Part shown: in pieces, positions 42,057 to 51,912 of the stretch
Layout of the letters: the number at the start of each line of letters is the position of its first letter
Numbering within the stretch: the first letter of the stretch is position 1
Assembly: GCA_963713615.1 (NCBI GenBank)
Contig: CAVQMM010000001.1
Location: 2,336,001 to 2,400,000 of the forward strand
Origin: an uncultured Chlamydiae bacterium
GTDB taxonomy: Bacteria > Chlamydiota > Chlamydiia > Chlamydiales > JAJFMA01
Reading direction: 5' to 3'
Length of the DNA: 64,000 nt
Made by a program: the position numbers and the translations under genes
The notes under the pieces: model-generated
What the model was told of the DNA's origin: nothing
Seen by the model: only the letters and a program-made list of their open reading frames with translations
Databases searched by the model: none

Positions 42057-42413
42057 TCATCCAATTTTTCGCCATGTATCTGAAAAACAGGCAAGACCCG
42101 GGTCTCCATTCCACAGAAGTGTTTGGAGCTCACGAGCCTCCAAAATCACTTCAACACCGCCACTTGCTGGTTTAGGCCACCAAGAAAACCTTCCCTTTGA
42201 AAGACGTTTAATGCAGAGCCAAAACCCCTGTCCATCGTACACTAAAACCTTTAGAGAGTTGACAGACCGGTTTCGAAAGAGAAAAACCGCACCACCAAAG
42301 GGATCTTTGCCTAAGATTTGTTTACAACAGGATGCAAGGCCATCGATTCCTTTACGAAAGTCAACAGGAGCAATAGCAACATAGATAAGCATTTGAGGGG
42401 TGATTTGAATCAT
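42057..42413 (-). CDS. tnpB: IS66 accessory protein TnpB
   Basis: VDFRKGIDGL, FRNR and YDGQGFWL..KRL..GRF.W motifs. Confidence 0.9.
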   Translation of the reverse strand: MIQITPQMLIYVAIAPVDFRKGIDGLASCCKQILGKDPFGGAVFLFRNRSVNSLKVLVYDGQGFWLCIKRLSKGRFSWWPKPASGGVEVILEARELQTLLWNGDPGLACFSDTWRKIG

Positions 42414-42805
42414 GAGAACTCCCCTCTAAAGAGTTTACTAATAAGGGCAGGCAGATCCTTAACAGGCCCAGTCCAGCGAAGAGTAAGAGGCCCTGCTTGG
42501 TGCTTAAGAGTAATTTCAACAAATGAATGGGATTCACTAGGTAGAGGGCGTACTTGAGCAAAATCTTGGATGGTTTGTTTTCCACGCGCTAAGCGCTTCT
42601 TAAAGTACTGGACAGAGACGCCTATGGCAGATGCAATTTCAGCAACAGAGTAAGTCATCGTAAGATTGAACGCAGCTTGCCAGAGCTCCTTGGAGAAGCG
42701 TGGATGGCCCTTTTTTTGGGATCTAACGCGATGAAATTCTTGAGCGACTTGTTCGAGCGAAAGTGTAGCAGCTTTCATGAGCAACCTCCTTGGTTGTTTG
42801 CTCAC
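42410..42805 (-). CDS. IS66 TnpA-position HTH protein
   Basis: ATGA-coupled to tnpB; ELWQAA..VAEIA..IGVS HTH-like segment. Confidence 0.7.
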   Translation of the reverse strand: MSKQPRRLLMKAATLSLEQVAQEFHRVRSQKKGHPRFSKELWQAAFNLTMTYSVAEIASAIGVSVQYFKKRLARGKQTIQDFAQVRPLPSESHSFVEITLKHQAGPLTLRWTGPVKDLPALISKLFRGEFS

Positions 42806-42919
42806 GAATTTCGCTCAACCTTGTTTCAAAATCACGCACGCTCACAGGAGGGACACGACTTGGAAGGCACATTAGCCGATTACCTCAATGATAGAAATAT
42901 GGCTAGCATTGACGCTTAC

Positions 42920-43340
42920 CCAATACACGCAATTGCATCACCTGGTCGCCTCGATAGGCTCCAATCTCTTTTTGCCCTTGGTACAGATAGGAGAGCGATT
43001 CTTGAGGCACCCATTGATCGATCCAGGTACACAGATTGCGCGTTAAACGCCTGCCAAAAGAGTCGTAGCTGTAGGTCACTTGCCAATGAGCGGGTTCTTC
43101 GACAGCCATCAGCCTGTTCAAGGCATCATAGCGATAGAGTGTTGTTGTTCCGCCATCGCTCTTTTGAATGAGGTTGCCATTCAGGTCGTAGACATAACTC
43201 TTTTCCGAATCGGATGTAATTTGGTTTAGTCCATTCACCGCGTAGGGTTGCATATCCTTCTGCAAACGGTTTTGCAGCGAATCATAGGCATAGGTATGAG
43301 CCACAGGGCCATCTTCAGCGATGAGTTGATACAAGTCATC
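42920..43340 (-). pseudogene. Rhs core fragment, 5' side of the IS66 insertion
   Basis: DDLYQLIAEDGP..YAYDSLQNR..QLRVLG. Confidence 0.8.
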
Positions 43341-43359
43341 TAGAACATCTGTTGTGATT

Positions 43360-43884
43360 CTATTTATTTTTTTTCATATTTTTACTTGTAGATTCATTTC
43401 TATCCATTAACGCTTTTTTATGTCGCAAACTTTCTTCCCCATACGTCAGTACCTCCGAAGCAAATTGATGTGCCAGTAGCTTCATAAGACTCAACTGATT
43501 AGAATACACTTCAAAATAAGTAGTATCAAAGGCTCGAATCTCTAAAATTGCCTCTTCCATATCGCGAAAAGGCTCATCCTCAGTAGAAAACTCTCGATTC
43601 CAGACCTCCCCTAAGTCATATGGTACAGCAAAAAACACGCCGCATAGAAATTGGTCGGAGTTGTTAGCAATATCAATTACTCGATTAATATCACCAATTC
43701 GCTTAGGAATCCTGCCCTGCAATCCCCACCTAAAGGCTCCATAACCGTTCAATTCGACATCAACACCGTACCATATGCATGACTCTACAAATGGTTTTAC
43801 AACAGTGATAATTTGTAAAAGTTGTTCTCCCAAACAACACACGGGATCAAGAGAAATTCGAGTTAAATATTGCGGTTTATTCAT
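43360..43884 (-). CDS. Putative immunity protein (174 aa)
   Basis: Overlaps the toxin stop codon by 8 bp; AT-rich. Confidence 0.75.
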   Translation of the reverse strand: MNKPQYLTRISLDPVCCLGEQLLQIITVVKPFVESCIWYGVDVELNGYGAFRWGLQGRIPKRIGDINRVIDIANNSDQFLCGVFFAVPYDLGEVWNREFSTEDEPFRDMEEAILEIRAFDTTYFEVYSNQLSLMKLLAHQFASEVLTYGEESLRHKKALMDRNESTSKNMKKNK

Positions 43885-46800
43885 CAGGATTCAATTTCCC
43901 CTTTCCTCTTTTTGGCGTTCCACCTGTAGGATTTGGAATCGTGGGATGATCATGGGGATTAGAATGCACTCCAGGCCTCCCATGATCAGTCCAATCTGTT
44001 GTCTTAACTTGTTGTCCATCATATCCCCATTCCCGAGTTTGGCGATATGACCCTTTACTACCTTCACGCATCCCCAACTGAGTGTGAGGTGTTTCCGCTG
44101 AAGGAATGTTCTGTCCATGTGGGTTTCTTGGTAGGGGCAACGGACGTCCTGTATTTGGACATATTGGAACGTAGAAATCCCCCTCAACGACTGAGACTCC
44201 TGGTTGCTGCGTGGCCACTGGACTTGAAGCACTTACTCCTGGTAATTCCGCAGGTATGTCGATCTCTGAGAATTTCTTATCACCTCTTGAAGATGATCCT
44301 TTTGACTCTTTGAGAATTCGGTTCGAAACCTGTGATACATCTCCTCTAAGACCTCGTGTTAGATTATGCGCGGTATATAAATATCTGCCAACAATAACTA
44401 CCTCGCGAAGAAATGGGATTTGAGCAGCTATCGACAAAGTTCCATAAATGGCTATCTCTTGCTGCTCATTACTTAGTAGATTCCATGAATACTTTGTTGC
44501 ATAATATCCTTTTTTACACCTTTCAAAGAAAGAACTCGGGCCCACCCATGCGGAGCCAGACGCAGAACGATCCCTCTCCTGATTGTTCCCTGAGGATGCT
44601 TTCACCACGCGGGAACCACCACAAAGCCGAGAGCCTGCACTCACGCCAGCCCGACTGCGGTCGTATAGGCTGGCCTCAAGCCCCCAGGGATCAAAGAGTG
44701 TTAAGGGTGAGTTGTGGACATAAGCATAGAGGTTTGGGCCATCCACAAAGCCCATAGGATCGGGGGTTAACCAACGTCCTAGGTTACGGTCGTAGTCGCG
44801 TCGACCAAACTGAAATAGGTCCGTATGCGCATCTAAACGCTTACTAGCGAATAGCCATGGGTTAGCGATTGTAGAGTACGCTTGAGCAACATTGGCGGAA
44901 TCGTAAATTTTAAGTTCCCCAAATGCACTATAACGATAGCTTTCAACGGCAATGCCTGTTTCACTGTCCACAAGGCAGCAGACGTTTCCTCTATGGTCAT
45001 GAATAGGCGCATAGACTTTCTGATTTAGCTCTAATGCAATGGCAGCGCCGAGCTCTGCTCCTTTCCCATTTCCCAGTACCCTGAGCTGAATGATATGGCC
45101 ATTCTCCATGGCTCCAATTTCCTTCTGCCCCTGATAGAGGTAGGAAGTGGTTTGAGGGTCAGACCAGCCATTAATATTCCAGGTCGAAAGAGTGCGCGCT
45201 AAACGCCTTCCGAATGTGTCGTAGCTATAAGTTACCCGCCATTTCTGGCGTTGTTCTACGGAGGTCAAGCGGTTCAGTGCGTCATAGATATAGTGGGTCG
45301 TCGTGTCAGCTTCAGTTTTTCCTATCCGATTTCCATCCAGGTCATACTCATAGCGAGCTTCTGAACAGGAGAGTGTTTGATTTAATTCATTCACAGAATA
45401 GGGTTCAGCATCTTTTTGCCGTCTGTTTTGCAAGGAATCGTAAGCATAGGTGTGTGCTAAAGGTCCCTCTTCTGCAACTAGCTGGTAGAGATCGTCATAG
45501 TGATAATGTTCTTCCGCAGAGCCAAGAGGGTCTTTCTTGTAAACGTGGCTTAGGTTGCCTACATGGTCAAAGCCATTCTCTGGAATATCTTGAGACCAGA
45601 AGGGGGTTTCTATTTTGGTATTGTGTCCTAACGCATCCCACTGCCTTGTCTGGTGACCAGCTTTCCCTATGAGCTGTGAGGCTAGTTCTCGTCCAACCAA
45701 ATCATAATCCAAGTAGGCATGTTCGTAGAGCAGACGACCTTGAGGGTCGAACCGACTCACTTTGCTAAGCTCTAGACCATGGTAGGAATATTCAATGCTT
45801 CCTAAATCGGGCAGAGTCACTTGAGTGAGGCGTTCGAGATTATCATAGCGATATCTAAAACATGTTTCGTTAGCCAATTTTTCAAAAACAAGATGGTTCC
45901 AAGCGTCATATTCACGCCTGGTGGATCTCTGTGAGCATAGGTCGGTGGTGGTAATGGGATTATTGTGCAGGTCATAAGTATAGTGATAGTCAATCGTTCC
46001 ATCCGAAGAGGTTAGCCTGGCTAGACGACCTAGCGAGTCGTATTGGTGATGCAGGGTGATGCCATCGGGTTTGGTGAGGGTTTGCAGTCTCCCCACGGAG
46101 TCGTAAGTATAGTTGGTGACTTTCGATAAAGCTCCTCCTTGCTCAGTCATTTTTAACGGACGTTGCATGCTGTCATAACACCAGCTGATGATGTAGTCAT
46201 GAGAGGGTTGTCCGAAAGTAATGACTTTTTCACGTTGCCGTACTTTCTCTCCAGCGGGGCTGTAGCAGACTTCTTGCAGAGCGGTCGTTAAGCCTTTGGT
46301 ATTACGCTTTTCGACGCATACCAAGCGGTACAAAGCATCAAAGGTTTCGACGGTCTGATTGCCAAGTGGATCTGTGGTGGTTTTTTGCAGAACTTTCTGA
46401 TTGTGGGCATTGCGATATTCATAATTATAGGCAATCTGGGTGATGTTGCCTAAGGCATCAATCTGCTGGATGGGCATGCCATGCGAGTCATAGAGTGTTT
46501 GTGTGGTACTGCAAACATTCTCCGATGAATAAACGTGTGTTTGTGTTCGGTTGCCCAATCGATCGTAAGCATAGGTCTCACGTCGCAAAATAGTTCCTGT
46601 AGCATCTTCAATGCGTGTCTCAATGACCCTATCGAGAAAATCGTATTCCTGGATTTGCGCGATGTAGTCAGGCTCGGCACTTCCAAAATACTGCCGAGTA
46701 GTCCTCAATCTTCCCAGAGAATCATAGGCGAAGGTGGATAGGCTAAATGCTCCCGTGCCCTCCTTGCGTTCATTTATTTTGCGTCCAGCGAAGTCGTACT

Positions 46801-49415
46801 CAAAGGTGGTGGAATAACCCAGAGCGTCAGTTTCCCTCGTGAGATGGGCTCCCGTATATTCCTTTTCAAGCGAGTATTGCAGAATACCCAGGCTGTCATA
46901 GGTATCGGTGCGAATCAGGCGACTAAACCCATCGTAGGTATAGTGATGACACAGTCCCTCTTTCTCCCATTTTTTTGCTAGGACTCCGTTGAGGTGATAC
47001 TGACAGCGTTCTTGGGTTCCATCGGGATAGGTGATGCAAATGGGCTGCCCCCGTACATTGTAGGAGGTGGTTGTTTTGTGCCCCTTTTGATCAATGACTG
47101 CTGTGAGCTGGTCAAGGACATTGTACTCCTTTCGAACCCAAGAGGGCTGGTATCCCTGTCCTAGTGTTGCACAGGGAGGATACTGGACCTCGATTTCTCT
47201 TCCAAACTCATCATATTTGAAGTGGGTTGTTGTCCCAGTGCCATCGGCATGTTCTGAACCGATGGAATTGTAGGACTCCACCTGAGCTATCCTGTTGCCC
47301 ACAAGGTCATAGCAATATTCTGTGATAAAGCAGGGGCCATCATCATGTTTCTCGACCCGCTTAATGAGACGATCCATCAAATCGTATGAGAAGAGCGTAT
47401 GGAATCCAGAACCCTCTAGCTTTTCACGGATTTTGTTCTTGTTTTCGTCATAGGCCATGGTGGTGGTTTGACCCAGAGCATCGGTCTGACGGATGAGATT
47501 GCGTTTGTTGTCATAGTCGAACGCTAGTGTGTAGCAAAACTGGTCGTTGGCATCGTAGAGGTCTTGGCGAATCAAGAGCTCGCTGGCGTTGTAAATGTTT
47601 TCAATGCGTCTCAGTTGTTTTTGTTCACCCGTGGTCAAGTCGAGGTAGCTTTCGATGGTTGTTTGCGGAAAACCCACGGCTGGAGCAGTAAGACGGGGCA
47701 CGATCGTAGTGATTTTACGACAGGTAACATCAGTGAGATCCTCTTGGTGCGTGCCTGAGCCATCATCGGTGATCATTTCAATGAGCAGGTGATTGGAGTC
47801 ATAAGAGCGAAATTCTCTCTGGTACCATTTTTGATGGTCTCCAAGGAGTTTGGAGGTCAGCAGGTTTGTTTCGGGTAGGTAGGCCATGGCGATGACCTTG
47901 CCATCGCTGCATTCTTCACGCACAGGAAGATTGAAGCGATCATTGGAGTAGGACATTATTCGACTGAAGCATTCGACGGGTCGATCAGGACGATGGTCCG
48001 CCCTAAGTTCAAAGCTGGCATCGTTATTGCCAGAGAGATTGCCGTAAAAGTCTTCGCTGATGAGGTTGTTGCGATCATCGTATGCTCCTACAGTGATATA
48101 TAGACAGGGATTTCTAGGAACAGGGATGAATAGGCCTTTGGCGAGTAGATTTCCTAAATTTACCCCCTCCTTGCACCAGTAATAACGCATGGTGGAGTAG
48201 TACTGATTGTGCCTCGTGAATTTATCGATCGCCACGATCCGTTTTTCGGGTGATCTAGCGTAGGCGGTACGAATGCCATGGGCATCGTAGACGTCTGTAT
48301 ACGTATCCTTGTACTCAAACCTTGCTAGGGTGATCCGTTTTTTCCTCTTAGGACCCTGGGGATAAGGAATCTGTAGATCGGACACCTTGCCATCTCCGTG
48401 GTAATTGATGTAAAGGTGATGATTCTCTGGCTTTTCGAGTTTTCGTAATTTGCAATAATACTCTGCTTCCGAATCGCTCGTCTTGTACTGATAGGTTAAC
48501 GTCACTGGCGGTCCATTAGAGGGGATGATTTGCCGAATGAATGGGCAAGGTCCTCTTTCCCCCTTCTTCTTGTTCTTGCAGTAGATCGCTTCGATGACAT
48601 AAGAAGTGGATAGGCCATTACTCGCTGTTACTTTAAAGCCATTGTCAACTTTGTCAACTTTGAGGGTATAGGTCGCCGTTCGCGTTGGTGCTTCGTATCT
48701 CAGTCAGGAGATTTCCAGAATCGTACTCGAAATACCGCTGATGACCATTGGGCTGCGATTCATGCTTCAAGTACCACGAGCTATGGTAGTGGGTATCGTG
48801 TGATAGCCAAGAGTAGGTTCGGTGGGCTCCTGAGCCAAATGACATCTCACATTGACCGAGATTGCAGCATTTAGACGTGTTGAGGCGTGGGCTGAGTCCT
48901 GTGAAATGTAGCTTGATGTTCTTAACGGTATCAGCGCCACAAATACCCCCGCCGGCATAATTGGTTTGACCATGTTTGGTGTAAATGGCTTCATCGACAG
49001 TCGCTAAAACCGCATCGCCGCCCAATGACACGCCAAGGTACTTTGTAGCGGACCCTTCTCGCTCTTCTAAGAACACTTCATAAGGTCTATCTTTGATTCC
49101 TGAAGCGGATAGTCCACTCAGTTTGAGTGGAAAATCCATGCCGAAGCCATATCCATGAGGACTATGTGTGATATACTTACTCCTAGAAGAGCTGTCATAG
49201 CAATGTGAATAAAGCAGTGCGTTAGGACCTTCTGTAGCTACCGTTGTATCGGAGAGAAAAAACTCACCTGTAATGACGTTTACACAGTCGTATACCGTGG
49301 CTAGGGGCAGCGCATCAGGGCCTAAGCGCATCTCCAAAGGTGGTTTTTCCTGAGAATATGTCGTTACAGAGCATGCCAAAAGGGCAATAAGTAGTAGACG
49401 AAGGATACGAAACAT
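43877..49415 (-). pseudogene. Rhs protein B, split by an 8-bp deletion near 48669
   Basis: ORFs 48654-49415 and 43877-48505 match the Rhs A N-terminus; TGAAGGTT present at 61336-61343 is missing here; different toxin tip. Confidence 0.88.
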
Positions 49416-49489
49416 GGCCTTACCTCCAAAATTTTTACTTTGGAGAAGCTAATTTATTTGTTGATTGATGACAAGGGATTTTTTGTGGA

Positions 49490-49535
49490 TGTCAAGGCTA
49501 AGTAGAAATAGAGACATTTCTACTTAGCCTTGACA
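49490..49535. repeat. Perfect 20-bp-arm hairpin upstream of Rhs B
   Basis: TGTCAAGGCTAAGTAGAAAT-AGAGAC-ATTTCTACTTAGCCTTGACA. Confidence 0.8.
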
Positions 49536-49619
49536 GTTATTTTTTGTGGATCTGTGTGTTATTCGATGGTGTGTGTAGCACAAGACTTCTGCAAAAACCT
49601 TATAAACTCCATTCTATTC

Positions 49620-51878
49620 CTAGGGAATGACTGCTGCGCACACCAATTCCAAGTCACTACCCTCGAGACGATAGCGCTCTCCTGTCACCGGACACTCGGC
49701 TTCACGATCATGCCCCTCAGGGAGGCTCGCAGGCAGCTCAAGACGTTCTCCATGACGGCTAACCCATCCTTCTTGACGAGCCGGGTTGCCATAAACCAAG
49801 GCATAGGACTTCACATCCTTTGTGACGACCGTACCAGCCCCCACCAAACAATAAGCGCCTAGCTCAACTCCACAAACAATCGTCGCATTCGCCCCAACAG
49901 TAGCTCCTTGACGTAAAATCGTAGGAAGAAATTCGTCTTTGCGACTCACCGCACTTCTAGGATTCAAAATATTGGTGAAGACAGCGCTAGGACCGATGAA
50001 GACATCATCTTCACAAGATACACCCGTATACAAGCTGACGTTGTTCTGAACCTTTACATTGCGCCCCAAAGAGACTCCAGGAGATATCACAACATTCTGC
50101 CCTAAATTACAGCAAGGGCCCACACTAGCGCCCTTCATGATATGACTGAAATGCCACACCTTGGTGCCTGGTCCCACTTGAGCTCCTGCATCCACCACAG
50201 CGCTAGGGTGAATGAAAGTCTCCTCAAAGCTAGGAGCATGCTCACGGCGTATAGGAAATTTGGAGGCTCCGTCGTCATCCATGCTTTGCTGCGCGGCCTC
50301 AAAAATGCGCTGTTCCACCAAGAGCTCTCTTTCGTCGTAGATGTGCTCGATGCGTTTTAAGGGCATCCTTTGACCTGTAGGGAGATCGATGTATCCCTCA
50401 ACGATGGTTTGAGGGAATCCTACAGCCCGTCCATCCAGGCGTGGAGTAATGCAGGTAAACTTCTGGCAGGTCACGCCGGTGTAGTCTTCTTTGGCTGCTT
50501 CGCAGCCATCATCCGTAAGAATTTCGACAAGAAGATGCTCTTCATTATAAGTGCGAAATTCTCTTTGGTAGATTTTAGAATGGTCTCCAGTAAGCCTAGA
50601 GGTTAGTAAGTTGGTTCCAGGTAGGTAAGCGCATTGGATGACCTGACCTCCAGTATGTTCTTCTCGGATGGGAAGATTAAAGCCATCGTTAGAATAGACG
50701 ATTAACCGCCTGAAACATTCCACGGATTCATTGGGACGATGATCGCTGCCTAGCTGAAAAGGTCCACGTCCAGAACCAGAGAGATCCCCATAAAGATCAT
50801 CCTGGATGACATTACCGAAGGAGTCGTAGCTGCCTGCATTGCAGCAGTAAAATTCTCCCTGAGAGTTCGTCACCCCTTTTGCCAGCAGGTTCCCAAGATT
50901 CTCTCCAGAGGTACCCCAAAAGAACTTTGTGGAGCAGTAGGGATGATAGTTGTTTTGATAAGTCATTCTTCCGCGACGTTGTCTAACAACGGCTCGGCTT
51001 GTCTCATACCTATCGATGGCGGTGATGCGCTTCTCTGGAGAGATGCGATAAACTGTGCGATTACTAAGCGCATCATCGACAACCGTGCTGTCATCGCTGT
51101 AGTGAAAATCTGCTATCAGCACCTCTTCTTTAGAATTCTCTTTTAGAGGTGCTTTTAAAGCATGTATTCTTCCTTCTTGGTCATTGTGGTAGTAAATAAC
51201 TAGGTAGCGGTCCTCTGGGCGCGAAATTCTTCGCAGCTTGAGATGGTACTTCTCTTCATTCTTGCCGACTTTATAGTGATAGTCTAAGCGCATCCAGGGT
51301 TGGTGAGAAGAGGTTATTTCCTTGACGAAAGATAAATGCCGGCGGAATTCGGGAGCCTTGCAGTGTTCGCCTCCGAGATGATAGCAGGTAAACTGTCCAT
51401 TGTTAGCGGATATAGTAAAATGACGGTAAGTATCCCTGCTGATGTCTGCTCTACCAAACATTAGCTTTCCCGTGGGACTCGTCAACCGTATCTTTGTTAG
51501 GAGGCTCAGGATGAAGTCGTCGTTGTACTCAAATATTCTCTGATTTCCGCCGGGTTGCAGTTCATTGTTCAGGTACCAATAGCAGTGTTCCTGTGATTGA
51601 TGAGGCAACCACGTATAGATACGCTGCATGCCTGAGCCAAAGAAGACCTGGCAGAGACCCCGATTGCGACATCTCCTCACGTTCGTTTGAGGGTTAAGAC
51701 CGGAAAATTGCAGTTTTCGATTCTTAACATGATGGGCCCCTTGAATCCCATCGCTGGAGTAATTGGTTTGTCCATATTTGGTATAGATCTCTGGATCCAC
51801 TGAGCTACTTATTGAAGTATCTGAGGGACTGAAGGGAGCTAGATAGCGCATGGAAGCCATAGGCATCAACTTAAGCAA
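49620..51878 (-). CDS. Rhs N-terminal/YD region fused to a WbpD/WlbB-type hexapeptide N-acetyltransferase
   Basis: First ~530 aa align to the Rhs A N-terminal region; C-terminus has FIHPSAVVD..VWHFSH..LGQNV..VKVQNNVS..FTNILNPRS..GNPAR. Confidence 0.85.
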   Translation of the reverse strand: MLKLMPMASMRYLAPFSPSDTSISSSVDPEIYTKYGQTNYSSDGIQGAHHVKNRKLQFSGLNPQTNVRRCRNRGLCQVFFGSGMQRIYTWLPHQSQEHCYWYLNNELQPGGNQRIFEYNDDFILSLLTKIRLTSPTGKLMFGRADISRDTYRHFTISANNGQFTCYHLGGEHCKAPEFRRHLSFVKEITSSHQPWMRLDYHYKVGKNEEKYHLKLRRISRPEDRYLVIYYHNDQEGRIHALKAPLKENSKEEVLIADFHYSDDSTVVDDALSNRTVYRISPEKRITAIDRYETSRAVVRQRRGRMTYQNNYHPYCSTKFFWGTSGENLGNLLAKGVTNSQGEFYCCNAGSYDSFGNVIQDDLYGDLSGSGRGPFQLGSDHRPNESVECFRRLIVYSNDGFNLPIREEHTGGQVIQCAYLPGTNLLTSRLTGDHSKIYQREFRTYNEEHLLVEILTDDGCEAAKEDYTGVTCQKFTCITPRLDGRAVGFPQTIVEGYIDLPTGQRMPLKRIEHIYDERELLVEQRIFEAAQQSMDDDGASKFPIRREHAPSFEETFIHPSAVVDAGAQVGPGTKVWHFSHIMKGASVGPCCNLGQNVVISPGVSLGRNVKVQNNVSLYTGVSCEDDVFIGPSAVFTNILNPRSAVSRKDEFLPTILRQGATVGANATIVCGVELGAYCLVGAGTVVTKDVKSYALVYGNPARQEGWVSRHGERLELPASLPEGHDREAECPVTGERYRLEGSDLELVCAAVIP

Positions 51879-51912
51879 CTAACTTCGTAAATAGGCGCGC
51901 AGCGCTTTGGAG

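Larger units (their letters stand above)
39911..42856 (-). mobile_element. Inner IS66-family element with atypical ends and a passenger gene
   Basis: Terminal inverted repeat GTGTCCCTCC(C/T)GTGAGCGTGCGTGA; direct repeat GACTTGGAAGGC at 39899-39910 and 42857-42868. Confidence 0.9.
37103..42919 (+). mobile_element. IS66-family element containing a second IS66-family element
   Basis: Perfect 26-bp terminal inverted repeat GTAAGCGTCAATGCTAGCCATATTTC; 8-bp duplication CCAATACA at 37095-37102 and 42920-42927. Confidence 0.95.
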
